In this document: positions 14,949-24,150 of the stretch, piece by piece
Layout of the letters: each line of letters opens with the position of its first letter
Position numbering within the stretch: position 1 is the first letter of the stretch
Translations under genes and position numbers: made by a program
Notes under the pieces: generated by a model
The model's input: the letters and a program-made list of their open reading frames with translations, nothing else
What the model was told of the DNA's origin: nothing
Database searches by the model: none
DNA from: an uncultured Acetobacteraceae bacterium
Lineage (GTDB): Bacteria; Actinomycetota; Thermoleophilia; Solirubrobacterales; Solirubrobacteraceae
DNA length: 64,000 nt
Assembly (NCBI GenBank): GCA_964658375.1
Contig: CAZZYU010000002.1
Coordinates: forward strand, 5,282-69,281
Reading direction: 5' to 3'

Positions 14949-17900
14949 CACATGTTGCGACGATACTCGCCGCCGACCGCATACAGCGCACCCGAGATCT
15001 GGCCCAGCGACGCGACCTTGACCGCCTCCATCAGCGCCTCGAACACGTTGCCGCGCCGGCGAGCGACGTCCTGCAGCGCCGCGAGCGCCGCCGGGGCGGC
15101 GTCGGCGGCCCGCTGCGTGAAGGCGGCGACGTTGGCGATCTGGGCCTGCTTCTCGGCCTCGGTGGAGCGCATCAGCTCAGGCTCGCCGGTCTCTTCTCCA
15201 CCCCCCTCCCGGGGCAGGAACGTGTTGACGCCGACCAGCGGCAGCGTGCCGTCGTGCTTGAGGCGCTCGTAGTGCAGCGACTCCTCCTGGATCTTGGCGC
15301 GCTGGTACATCGTGTCCATCGCGCCGAGCACCCCGCCGCGCTGCGACAGGCGGTCAAACTCCTCGTAGACCGCGGCCTCGACGATGTCGGTGAGCTCCTC
15401 GATGATGAATGACCCCTGCAGCGGGTTCTCGCAGACGTTCAGGCCGAGCTCGCGGTTGATGATCAGCTGAATGGCGACCGCGCGCCGGACCGACGCCTCG
15501 GAGGGCGTGGTGAGCGCCTCGTCGTAGGCGTTGGTGTGCAGCGAGTTGGCGTTGTCGAAGATCGCGTACAGCGCCTGCAGCGTGGTGCGGATGTCGTTGA
15601 AGCTGGTCTCCTGGGCGTGCAGCGAGCGGCCGGAGGTCTGGACGTGGTACTTGAGCATCTGGCTGCGCGGGCTCGCGCCGTAGCGCTCGCGCATCGCCCG
15701 CGCCCAGATCCGCCGGGCGACGCGACCGATCACCGCGTACTCGGGATCCATGCCGTTGGAGAAGAAGAACGACAGGTTGGGCGCGAAGGCGTCGATCTCC
15801 ATGCCCCGGGCCAGGTAGTACTCGACGATCGTGAACCCGTTGGCCAGCGTGAACGCCAGCTGGGTGATCGGGTTGGCCCCCGCCTCGGCGATGTGGTAGC
15901 CGCTGATGGAGACGCTGTAGAAGTTGCGCACCGCGTGGTCGACGAAGTACTGCTGGACGTCGCCCATCATCTTCAGCGCGAACTCGGTCGAGAAGATGCA
16001 GGTGTTCTGGGCCTGGTCCTCCTTGAGGATGTCGGCCTGCACGGTGCCGCGGACGGTGCGCAGCGTGTGCGCCTTGATCTGGGCGTAGGTGTCGGGGTCC
16101 AGGACCTGGTCGCCCGAGACGCCGAGCAGCCCGAGTCCGAGTCCGTCGCTGCCTGCGGGCAGCTCGCCCGCGTAGGCGGGACGGCCGGCGTCGCCGGCGC
16201 GCTGCTCCAGCTGCCGCTGGACCGCCTCCCAGCCCCCGGTCTGGCGCAGGTGGCGCTCGACCTGCTGGTCGATCGCCGCGTTGATGAAGCAGGCGAGGAT
16301 GATCGGCGCCGGCCCGTTGATCGTCATCGACACCGAGGTCTGCGGCGCGCACAGATCAAACCCCGAGTAGAGCTTCTTGGCGTCGTCGAGGGTGGCGACC
16401 GACACGCCGGAGTTGCCGACCTTGCCGTAGATGTCCGGACGCCGGGCGGGGTCCTCGCCATAGAGCGTCACCGAGTCAAAGGCGGTCGACAGCCGCACCG
16501 CCGGTTGGCCGGAGGCCAGATAGTGAAAGCGGCGGTTGGTGCGCTCCGGGGTGCCCTCCCCGGCGAACATCCGGATCGGGTCCTCGCCCGTGCGCCGGTA
16601 GGGGAACACCCCGCCGGTGTAGGGGTAGTGGCCCGGCAGGTTCTCCCGAGCGGCGAAGCGCAGCCGGTCCCCCCAGCCGTCACACCGGGGCGGCGCGAGC
16701 TTGGGGATCTGCTGATCAGACAGCGAGCGGCGGTAGTTCTCGCCGGTGATCTCCCGGCCACGCACGGTGTAGCGGAAGGTCTGCGCGGTGACCGACTCGA
16801 TCTGCTGCGCCCAGCCGCGCAGCAGCCCCAGCGACTCGGTCGACAGCGCGTCCAGGGCCTCGTTGTGGCGGGCGCGCAGCGGCGCCAGGGGGTCGTCTGA
16901 CTCCACGGCGGACTCCGGATAGCGATCCAGCTCGTCGGGCAGCAGCGGGTCGTCGCACTGCGCGAGGGCGGCGTGGCAGTGCTGGAGCGTCGCGGCGTGG
17001 GCGGCCTGGCGCTCGATCTCGGCGTTGATCGCGCGCCCCTGCTCGGCGATCTCGGCGAGGTAGCGGACGCGGCTGGCCGGGATCAGGACGTCGCCCGCGG
17101 GCGCGCGGTGCTCGGGCTCGAGCTGGGGATCCCAACGCGCGGCGGTCGCGTCCCCCCCACTGCGCTCCTGCAGCGCGGCGCACAGCGTGACGAACATCCC
17201 GGTGAGCCCCGGGTCGTCGAACTGGCTGGCGATCGTCGGATAGACGGGGATCTCGTCGTCGTCGCGCTCGAAGGCGACGTGGTTGCGCCTCCACTGCCGG
17301 CGCACGTCGCGCAGCGCGTCCGGCGCGCCGCGCTGGTCGAACTTGTTGATGACGATCATCTCGGCGAGATCGAGCATCTCGATCTTCTCCAGCTGGCTGG
17401 CGGCACCGAACTCGCTGGTCATCACGTAGATCGGCAGGTCGACGAGATCGACGATCTCCGAATCGCTCTGGCCGATCCCCGCGGTCTCGACGATGATCAG
17501 ATCACAGCCCGCGGTGCGCAGGAACGCGAGCGCATCCTCCAGCACGGCGCTGGTGGAGGCGTGGCGGCGGCGGGTGGCCATCGAGCGCATGAAGATCCGC
17601 TCGTGGCGCAGGCTGTTGAAGCGGATCCGGTCGCCCAGCAGCGCGCCGCCGGTGCGCCGGCGGGTCGGATCGACGGCGAGCACGGCGATGCGGACGTCGT
17701 CGAAGCGCTGCATGAAGCGCGACAGCAGCTCGTCGGTGACCGTCGACTTGCCGGCGCCGCCGGTACCGGTGATGCCGACGACGGGCACGCGGCGCGCGTG
17801 CGGGTGCTCGCGCCAGGCGGCGCGCAGCTGCTCCAGCGCCGGGGCGTCGATCACGCCGTCCTCGATCGCCGACAGCATCTCGGCGACCTGGCGGTCGGTC

Positions 17901-18406
17901 GGCGGCCGGGCCGGGGTCAGCGCCGGCGGCTCGGACGGGCGGCGCCGGGTGACGGTGCGGGCCACCAGGTCGTCGATCATTCCGGTCAACCCGAGCTGCA
18001 TGCCGTCGGCGGGTTGATAGATGCGCTCCACCCCGTAGCGCTCCAGGTCGGCGACCTCGCGGGAGGTGATCGTGCCCCCGCCGCCGCCGAACACCGCGAT
18101 GTGGTCGGCGCCGCGCTCGCGCAGCATGTCGATGACGTAGCGGAAGTACTCGGCGTGGCCACCCTGGTAGGAGCTGATCGCGATCCCGTCGACGTCCTCC
18201 TGGATGGCGGCGCGCACGACGTCGCTGACCGAGCGATTGTGGCCCAGGTGCACGACCTCGGCGCCGGCGTCCTGGATCAGGCGGCGCATCACGTTGATCG
18301 CCGCGTCATGGCCGTCAAACAGCGCCGCGGCGGTGACGAAGCGCAGCGGTGACGCGTCCGTATCGGGCGTCGCGCCGGGGCGGTTGGCGTCGGTCTGCAG
18401 GGCCAC
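14948..18406 (-). CDS. icmF: Fused isobutyryl-CoA mutase (B12-binding domain + MeaB-like GTPase + mutase catalytic domain)
   Basis: N-terminal B12 domain (RFVTAAALFDGHDAAINVMRR), central G-protein P-loop (VVGITGTGGAGKST), and a long C-terminal methylmalonyl-CoA-mutase-like barrel. Start chosen at GTG 18406 behind GGAGAGGAGAG. The longer track ORF (to 18793) overlaps the GFA gene. Confidence 0.9.
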   Translation of the reverse strand: MALQTDANRPGATPDTDASPLRFVTAAALFDGHDAAINVMRRLIQDAGAEVVHLGHNRSVSDVVRAAIQEDVDGIAISSYQGGHAEYFRYVIDMLRERGADHIAVFGGGGGTITSREVADLERYGVERIYQPADGMQLGLTGMIDDLVARTVTRRRPSEPPALTPARPPTDRQVAEMLSAIEDGVIDAPALEQLRAAWREHPHARRVPVVGITGTGGAGKSTVTDELLSRFMQRFDDVRIAVLAVDPTRRRTGGALLGDRIRFNSLRHERIFMRSMATRRRHASTSAVLEDALAFLRTAGCDLIIVETAGIGQSDSEIVDLVDLPIYVMTSEFGAASQLEKIEMLDLAEMIVINKFDQRGAPDALRDVRRQWRRNHVAFERDDDEIPVYPTIASQFDDPGLTGMFVTLCAALQERSGGDATAARWDPQLEPEHRAPAGDVLIPASRVRYLAEIAEQGRAINAEIERQAAHAATLQHCHAALAQCDDPLLPDELDRYPESAVESDDPLAPLRARHNEALDALSTESLGLLRGWAQQIESVTAQTFRYTVRGREITGENYRRSLSDQQIPKLAPPRCDGWGDRLRFAARENLPGHYPYTGGVFPYRRTGEDPIRMFAGEGTPERTNRRFHYLASGQPAVRLSTAFDSVTLYGEDPARRPDIYGKVGNSGVSVATLDDAKKLYSGFDLCAPQTSVSMTINGPAPIILACFINAAIDQQVERHLRQTGGWEAVQRQLEQRAGDAGRPAYAGELPAGSDGLGLGLLGVSGDQVLDPDTYAQIKAHTLRTVRGTVQADILKEDQAQNTCIFSTEFALKMMGDVQQYFVDHAVRNFYSVSISGYHIAEAGANPITQLAFTLANGFTIVEYYLARGMEIDAFAPNLSFFFSNGMDPEYAVIGRVARRIWARAMRERYGASPRSQMLKYHVQTSGRSLHAQETSFNDIRTTLQALYAIFDNANSLHTNAYDEALTTPSEASVRRAVAIQLIINRELGLNVCENPLQGSFIIEELTDIVEAAVYEEFDRLSQRGGVLGAMDTMYQRAKIQEESLHYERLKHDGTLPLVGVNTFLPREGGGEETGEPELMRSTEAEKQAQIANVAAFTQRAADAAPAALAALQDVARRRGNVFEALMEAVKVASLGQISGALYAVGGEYRRNM

Positions 18407-18508
18407 GGCTCTCCTCTCCACCACGCTACCGGCTGTGGATGAGCACGTCGAGCGGTGGTGGTCGTCGGTCAAAAGTATCCCGCGGGCGACCCGGTAGGGT
18501 GACCGCGC

Positions 18509-18931
18509 ATGAGCCCCTCCCCCGCCCTCACCGGCAGCTGCGGCTGCGGCGCGGTCCAGTTTCAGATCGCTGAGCCGCTGGTCGCCGCCGCCTACTGCCA
18601 CTGCACCCGCTGCCAGAAGCGCACCGGGACCGCGGCCCAGGCCTCGGCCAAGGTCGCGCCCGGCTCGGTGACGATCACCGACGGCGCCGAGCACGTGCGC
18701 GACTGGCGCCCCCCGGGCGGCCTGGCCAAGGCCTTCTGCGGGCGCTGCGGCGCTCATCTGTTCGGTCGTGACCCCGACAGCGGCGAGATCCATATCGTGC
18801 GGATGGCCGCGATCGACGGCGACCCCGGCGTCGCCCCGGCGGCCCGCCAGTTCGTCGCCTACGCCGCGCCGTGGGAACCGATCCCCGATGACGGCCTGCC
18901 CCGCTTCGACGAGGCGATCCCGAATCGGTAG
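18509..18931 (+). CDS. GFA (glutathione-dependent formaldehyde-activating / CENP-V) family protein
   Basis: 140-aa ORF with the Cys pattern GSCGCGAVQF...CHCTRCQKRTG...FCGRCGAHLF typical of the GFA family. Confidence 0.8.
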   Translation: MSPSPALTGSCGCGAVQFQIAEPLVAAAYCHCTRCQKRTGTAAQASAKVAPGSVTITDGAEHVRDWRPPGGLAKAFCGRCGAHLFGRDPDSGEIHIVRMAAIDGDPGVAPAARQFVAYAAPWEPIPDDGLPRFDEAIPNR

Positions 18932-21091
18932 TCAGCGGCGGGAGAGCAGCTCGACGATCTGCCGACCTTCGAGCACCGGCGCCACGAACTTCCCCTGACC
19001 GCCGTCGCAGCCCAGCCGCTCAAGCTGCTCGCGCTGGCTGGGGGTCTCGATCCCGGCGCCGATCGCGGCGGCGTCGAGACTATGGGCCAACGCGGTCACC
19101 GAGCGGGCGATCGCGTGGTTGCGGGGCTGCTCGATCTCGGCGACCAGCCCGCGGTCGATCTTCAGCGCCCGGACCGGCATCTGGTGCAGCGCGGTCAACG
19201 ACGAGGAGCCGGTGCCGAAGTTGTCGACGTGAAGCCCGATCCCGTCCTCGATGATCGCCGTCAGGAACGGTTCGCTGCGTTCCAGGGCCATCAGGGTCGG
19301 CTCGACGATCTCCAGCCGCAGGCGGTTGGCCGCCACGCCGGCGCCGGCCAGCGCCAGCCGGAGCTGGTCGATGAACCGCACGTCGGACACCTGGCGCGCC
19401 GACAGGTTGATCGAGATCCACAGCTCGTCGTCGATGACCCCCTCGTCCTGCCAATCGGCCAGCGACCGCAGCACGGTCCGCATCACGTCCTCGCCCAGGG
19501 AGCCGATCAGGCCGGTCTTCTCGGCGATCTCGATGAAGTCGGCCGGATCGCACGGCGACCGGTCAGACGGCCAGCGGGCAAGCGCCTCCAGGCCGATGAG
19601 GTGGCCGCTGGCCAGCTCGACGATCGGCTGGTAGTGGACCTCCAGCAGGGAGCGCTCGATCACCTCGCGCAGCTCGTTCTGGCGGGCGAGGCGGTCGCTG
19701 ACGCGCCGGTGCATGTGCTCGTCAAACAGCGACCAGCCGCCGCGGCCCTCGCGCTTGGCTTCGTACATCGCCAGGTCGGCGGCGCTGATCAGGACCGGAG
19801 TGTCGAAGCCCGGCAGGCGCCGCTCGAGCTCGCTGATCAGGTCGGCCGCGCTGAGCCCATCGGCGCTGAGCGCGATCCCGATCGAGGCGACCACCACGAG
19901 CTCGTGGCCGTCGATCCGGAACGGCTCCAGCAGCGAGTCCATGATCCGCTCGGCGATGACCGTCGCCTCTGACGGCGCGACGAGCTCCTCGAGCAGCACC
20001 GTGAACTCGTCGCCGCCCAGCCGGGCCACGGTGTCGCCGGGGCGCAGCGCCGCACCGATCCGCTTGGCGAAGGCGATCAGCAGCTGATCGCCGACGGCGT
20101 GGCTGAGGGTGTCGTTGATCTGCTTGAACCCGTCGAGGTCGAGGAACAGCAGCGCGCAGCCCGCCGCCGAATCGCGCCCGGCGCGCTGCAGCGTCTGCTC
20201 GACGCGGTCGATGAACAGCGTGCGGTTGGGCAGGCCGGTGAGCGTGTCGTGCAGGGCCTCGTGCTCCAGACGCTCCTGCACCACGCGCTGATCGGTGACG
20301 TCCGACAGCGATCCCGCGATCTTCAGCGGCGTGCCGTCGACGTCACGGGTGGCCAATCCCTGAGTGGCGACCCAGCGCCAGCTGCCGTCGCGATGGCGCA
20401 TCCGGAACTCGCACTCCAGGGTGGGCGTCTGGCCGGCGAGGTGGGCGTTGATCTCGCTGCGCAGACGCGCCACATCGTCGGGCGCGACGAGATCGAACCA
20501 CCCCTCCGGCGCGACCTCGGAGGCTTCCTCGGGTCGCCCGAGAATCGCGTTCCAGCGCGGCGAGAGATACAGCTGGTCGGTGCTCAGATCCCAGTCCCAG
20601 ATCCCGTCCTCAATGGCGCGCGCCGCCATCGCGTGACGCTCGGCCTTCTGGTGGGCGATCGCGTGGCGGATCGCGAGCTCAAGCTCATCGGCGCGCAGAC
20701 CCTGTTTGGTGAGGAAGTCGGTGGCGCCCAGCGCCTTGGCCTCCAGATCGATGCCGGTCGTCGTCGCGCCGGTGAGCATGATCACCGGTGCGACCGGCCG
20801 GGAGGCGAACGCCTCGCGGATCAGCTCCAGGCCGGTGCGCTTGCCCAGCCGGTAGTCGACCAGGTAGACGTCGTGGCCCTGGCGGCGGATCTGAGCCAGT
20901 GCCTCGTCGTAGGTCCCCGCCCAGTCGACCGCGACGCGCAGCTGGTGGCGCTCGGCGAGCAGGTCCTGGGTGATCAGGTAGTCATCCTCGTCGTCCTCGA
21001 CGATGAGCAGTCGGACGGTCTCGGTGTCGGCATCGTCAGAGCGAGCGGGCGCGGGCCCGGGGTTGCTCGGCGCGGGATCGTTGCTCAGCAA
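18932..21091 (-). CDS. Response-regulator receiver / PAS / GGDEF / EAL multidomain c-di-GMP signalling protein
   Basis: REC domain (LLIVEDDEDD...VYLVDYRLG), PAS (WDWDLSTDQLYLSPRW...RHRDGSWRW), GGDEF (RLGGDEFTVLL) and EAL (GLEALARW, EIVEP, DNFGTGSSSL, QGKF). Only the start is uncertain: the first in-frame start downstream of the Fur-family gene stop is TTG 21091, with no clear SD. Confidence 0.85.
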   Translation of the reverse strand: MLSNDPAPSNPGPAPARSDDADTETVRLLIVEDDEDDYLITQDLLAERHQLRVAVDWAGTYDEALAQIRRQGHDVYLVDYRLGKRTGLELIREAFASRPVAPVIMLTGATTTGIDLEAKALGATDFLTKQGLRADELELAIRHAIAHQKAERHAMAARAIEDGIWDWDLSTDQLYLSPRWNAILGRPEEASEVAPEGWFDLVAPDDVARLRSEINAHLAGQTPTLECEFRMRHRDGSWRWVATQGLATRDVDGTPLKIAGSLSDVTDQRVVQERLEHEALHDTLTGLPNRTLFIDRVEQTLQRAGRDSAAGCALLFLDLDGFKQINDTLSHAVGDQLLIAFAKRIGAALRPGDTVARLGGDEFTVLLEELVAPSEATVIAERIMDSLLEPFRIDGHELVVVASIGIALSADGLSAADLISELERRLPGFDTPVLISAADLAMYEAKREGRGGWSLFDEHMHRRVSDRLARQNELREVIERSLLEVHYQPIVELASGHLIGLEALARWPSDRSPCDPADFIEIAEKTGLIGSLGEDVMRTVLRSLADWQDEGVIDDELWISINLSARQVSDVRFIDQLRLALAGAGVAANRLRLEIVEPTLMALERSEPFLTAIIEDGIGLHVDNFGTGSSSLTALHQMPVRALKIDRGLVAEIEQPRNHAIARSVTALAHSLDAAAIGAGIETPSQREQLERLGCDGGQGKFVAPVLEGRQIVELLSRR

Positions 21092-21110
21092 GACCTGAAA
21101 GTATGCGGGG

Positions 21111-21563
21111 TCAAGCGGCGCAACCGCGACAGGTGCCGTGCAGCACGATTTCGTGCTCGGAAACCTCCAGCGGCACCCGCTCGGCGGCGCGTCGCACGGC
21201 GCGCTCCAGGCCCTCGTCGGTGAACGGCTCCAGGCTGCCGCAGCGATCGCAGACGAGGTGGTGATGATGTCCGTGGCTGCGGCCGACCGGCTCATAGCGG
21301 GTGATGCCGTTGCCGATGTCCACGCGCGCGACCAGGTCGACCTCCTCCAGCTCCTCGAGGATCCGGTAGATCGACGCTCGGGAGACCCGCCGGGGACCGG
21401 CGGCGAGCCGATCCTCGATCTCAAAGGCCGACAGCGCGCACTGCTGCTCGGCCAGCAGCTCCAGCACCTCATGGCGGGCGCCGCCGCGACGATAGCCCGC
21501 GCCCGCGAGCCGATCGGTCGCGCGCGCGGTCCAGTCCCGGGCCTCCTCGCTGACGTGAGCCAT
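21111..21563 (-). CDS. Fur family transcriptional regulator (Zur-like by context)
   Basis: 150 codons from ATG 21563 (MAHVSEE). Winged helix (SRASIYRILEELEE) and metal sites HHHHLVCDRCG...GTCRGC. It is the last gene of the metal ABC importer operon. Confidence 0.8.
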   Translation of the reverse strand: MAHVSEEARDWTARATDRLAGAGYRRGGARHEVLELLAEQQCALSAFEIEDRLAAGPRRVSRASIYRILEELEEVDLVARVDIGNGITRYEPVGRSHGHHHHLVCDRCGSLEPFTDEGLERAVRRAAERVPLEVSEHEIVLHGTCRGCAA

Positions 21564-21576
21564 CCTGCGGCCGATT

Positions 21577-22395
21577 CTAGGGTCGCCCGTCGGCGCTCGC
21601 CGCCGCCCGGCGCCGGCGCAGCCCGCCGCACAGCCGTCCGGCGGCGTAGCAGACCGCGCTCGTCGTGCCGACGAAGAACCCGACCGGATAGTCGGTCTCA
21701 TAGGACCCGGCGAGTGCCACGGCGACGGCGACGAGCGCGATCGCCACCGACAGGGCCAGCGTCCGCCCGGGACGGTCGGTGATCGCCCGCGCCGCCGCCG
21801 GCGCGCCGATCATCAGGCTGAACACGAGCAGGGTCCCGACGACCGGGACCGTCATCGCGGTCGCCAGGGCGACGATCAGCAGGAAGCCGAGGTCGATCGG
21901 GCCTGCGCGCACGCCGCGGGCCTCGCCCACGTCGGCGAGCACCGAGGACAAAAGCAGCGGCCGATACAGCGCGGCCAGCGCCACCAGGCAGACACCCGCC
22001 AGGGCGAGCGTCGGCGCCAGCTGCGCGGAGCTGATCCCCAGGACCTCGCCGAACAGCAGCGCGTCGACCTCCGGCGCGTACTCGGAGCTGAGGCTGAGAA
22101 ACAGTGAGCCGAGCGCGAGCATCATCACCAGGACCAGGGCGGTGGCGACGTCGGGTCGCCCGCGCCGGCCCAGCCAGCCGATGCCCAGCGCCCCCAGCAG
22201 CGCGAACCCGGCGAGACCGATCAGGGTGTTGATGCCGATCAGCGCCGCGCCGGCGGCGCCGGCGAACGAGCCGTTGGGCAGCGCGTGGGCGACGAACGCC
22301 GAGCCCCGCAGGACGACGAAGAATCCGACGACACCACCGACGACCGCGACGACGACGGCCACGATCCAGGCGTTGACCATGAACCCGGAGAACAC
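21577..22395 (-). CDS. Metal ABC transporter permease (ZnuB/MntB/TroD type)
   Basis: 272-aa polytopic ORF (MFSGFMVNAWIVAVV...), ABC-3 family pattern. Confidence 0.85.
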   Translation of the reverse strand: MFSGFMVNAWIVAVVVAVVGGVVGFFVVLRGSAFVAHALPNGSFAGAAGAALIGINTLIGLAGFALLGALGIGWLGRRGRPDVATALVLVMMLALGSLFLSLSSEYAPEVDALLFGEVLGISSAQLAPTLALAGVCLVALAALYRPLLLSSVLADVGEARGVRAGPIDLGFLLIVALATAMTVPVVGTLLVFSLMIGAPAAARAITDRPGRTLALSVAIALVAVAVALAGSYETDYPVGFFVGTTSAVCYAAGRLCGGLRRRRAAASADGRP

Positions 22396-22402
22396 CGCCG
22401 CC

Positions 22403-23317
22403 TCAGCCTCCGAGCGTGGCCGGCGGCGCGGCGTCCGCGCCCGGGGTGACCCGGTGCCGACCGCGGGCGCCGAGCGCGCCGCAGATCAGGTAGATGAGGA
22501 CGATCAGCGAGACGACGAAGAAGCTCACCGGCCACACGGCATGGTGCGGGGACCAGTCATAACTGTCGTAGGCGAGCAGCACGCCGATCCAGGTGGCGGC
22601 GATCCCCAGGCCGGCGGCGGTGGCGGCGGCCAGCGCGGGACGGCGGACGAGGCGCAGCGCGGCGGCGGCGGGGCCGATCAGCAGCGCCGTGGAGAGGATC
22701 GTGCCGATTGTCAGCGCGCACAGCGCGACCGACAGCGACAGCGCGAGCAGGTAGGCATAGCCGATCACCGCGACCGAGACGCCGCGTGCCGCCGCCAGCT
22801 CGGGACTGGTGGATGCCAGCAGCAGCGGCCGCGCGATGATCGCCAGCAGCACGACGACGATCACCGCGAACCCGATCACGAGCGGGATCGTCGAACGGTC
22901 GACGGTGAACAGCGAGCCGAACAGGATCGTCACCGCCGCTCCGGTGGTGTCGTGGATCGTCGTCGCCAGATAGAGAAACAGCGCGGCCAGTCCCAGGCCC
23001 GCCCCGAGCACGACCCCGGTGGCCAGGTCGCGTCCCCGCCGGCGCTGGATCCCGACCAGCTCCATCAGAGCCGCGGCCGCGACGTTGATGATGAGAAACC
23101 CCCACAGCGGCCCGATCCCGACCAGGTAGGCGCCCGAGCCGCCGGTGGTGCCGATGTCGCCGAGCGCCTCGCCGGCGAACGACTGGCCGCGGATGACCGT
23201 GAACACGCCCAGCGGCCCCGACACGAGGGCGACCGCGGCGCCGACGATCAGCGCCGTCGCCACCAGGCCACTGGAGAAGAACCCGGGCGCGATCAGCTGG
23301 ACCGCCGCGGCGCTCAC
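22403..23317 (-). CDS. Metal ABC transporter permease (ZnuB/MntB/TroC type)
   Basis: 304 codons from GTG 23317 (VSAAAVQLIAPGFF), which overlaps the ATPase stop (GTGA). Polytopic, ABC-3 family pattern. The rest of ORF 22403..24193 is an out-of-gene extension. Confidence 0.85.
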   Translation of the reverse strand: MSAAAVQLIAPGFFSSGLVATALIVGAAVALVSGPLGVFTVIRGQSFAGEALGDIGTTGGSGAYLVGIGPLWGFLIINVAAAALMELVGIQRRRGRDLATGVVLGAGLGLAALFLYLATTIHDTTGAAVTILFGSLFTVDRSTIPLVIGFAVIVVVLLAIIARPLLLASTSPELAAARGVSVAVIGYAYLLALSLSVALCALTIGTILSTALLIGPAAAALRLVRRPALAAATAAGLGIAATWIGVLLAYDSYDWSPHHAVWPVSFFVVSLIVLIYLICGALGARGRHRVTPGADAAPPATLGG

Positions 23318-24150
23318 GTGACCACTTCGACGCCGTCGGCCGGCGGCGCCTGGCTTGGGTCTGCGGCGCCCGGGTCCCCGACGCCGGCCACGACGAGCAC
23401 GCGTCCGTGGATCCGCAGGACGTCGACATGATGGCCGTAGAGGCGGCTGAGCACGTCGCCGCGGATGACCTCGTCGGCGGCGCCGTGGACGGCGTGGCCG
23501 CCGGCGAGGTAGACGACCCGGTCCATGACCGGCAGCAGCGGGTTGATCTCGTGGGCGGAGATGAGCACCGCCAGCTGATGCTCTCGCGCCAGCCGGGCGA
23601 CGAGCGCGACGACCTCCCCCGAGCTGCGCAGGTCGAGGTTGGCCAGCGGCTCGTCGAGCAGCAGCAGCCGCGGCCGGCTGATCAGGGCGTGGGCGATCAG
23701 CACCCGCTGCTGCTCGCCGCCCGACAGCTCTCCCACGCGCACGTCGGCAAAGCCGCCGGCCCCGACGGACTCGAGCATCTCCTGCACCCGCGCCCGCCGC
23801 TGCGCGGAGGGCAGCGCGAAGCCGAAGCGGTGCCCGTCGATGCCCAGCGCGACCAGATCGCGAGCGCGTAGTGGCGCGTCGGGGTCCAGCGCGAACTTCT
23901 GAGGGACGTAGCCGATCTGCGGGTTGCGCCGCGACCGGGGCGCTCCGCCGAGCAGCACCCGGCCCGAGCCCGTCGCCTGCAGACCGAGGATGACCCGGAA
24001 CAGCGTCGTCTTGCCGGCGCCGTTTGAGCCGATCAGCCCGGTGAACTCCCCGGGCGCGACCGCGAAGTCGATGTCGGCCAGCACCGATCGGCCACCGAGA
24101 CCGACGCTCACGTCCTGCACGGCGAGCACCGGTTGCGCGCCGGCGCTCAT
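23314..24150 (-). CDS. Metal ABC transporter ATP-binding protein (ZnuC/MntA type)
   Basis: Walker A GSNGAGKTT, signature LSGGEQQR, Walker B LLLLDEP. Confidence 0.9.
   Translation of the reverse strand: MSAGAQPVLAVQDVSVGLGGRSVLADIDFAVAPGEFTGLIGSNGAGKTTLFRVILGLQATGSGRVLLGGAPRSRRNPQIGYVPQKFALDPDAPLRARDLVALGIDGHRFGFALPSAQRRARVQEMLESVGAGGFADVRVGELSGGEQQRVLIAHALISRPRLLLLDEPLANLDLRSSGEVVALVARLAREHQLAVLISAHEINPLLPVMDRVVYLAGGHAVHGAADEVIRGDVLSRLYGHHVDVLRIHGRVLVVAGVGDPGAADPSQAPPADGVEVVT

Noticed and set aside
15536-18352. Two long plus-strand ORFs (454 and 459 aa)
   Set aside because: They lie antisense to icmF and are compositionally biased, with no motifs.
18407-18508. Cobalamin riboswitch in the icmF/GFA divergent gap
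   Set aside because: The gap is about 100 nt, lacks a B12-box-like GCCACTG element, and must hold two promoters. Nothing supports an aptamer.
18407-18793. N-terminal 129-codon extension of the icmF ORF (track start 18793)
   Set aside because: The extension is Gly/Ala/Arg-rich and overlaps the GFA gene on the other strand. IcmF homology begins just after GTG 18406, which has a strong GGAGAGGAGAG SD.
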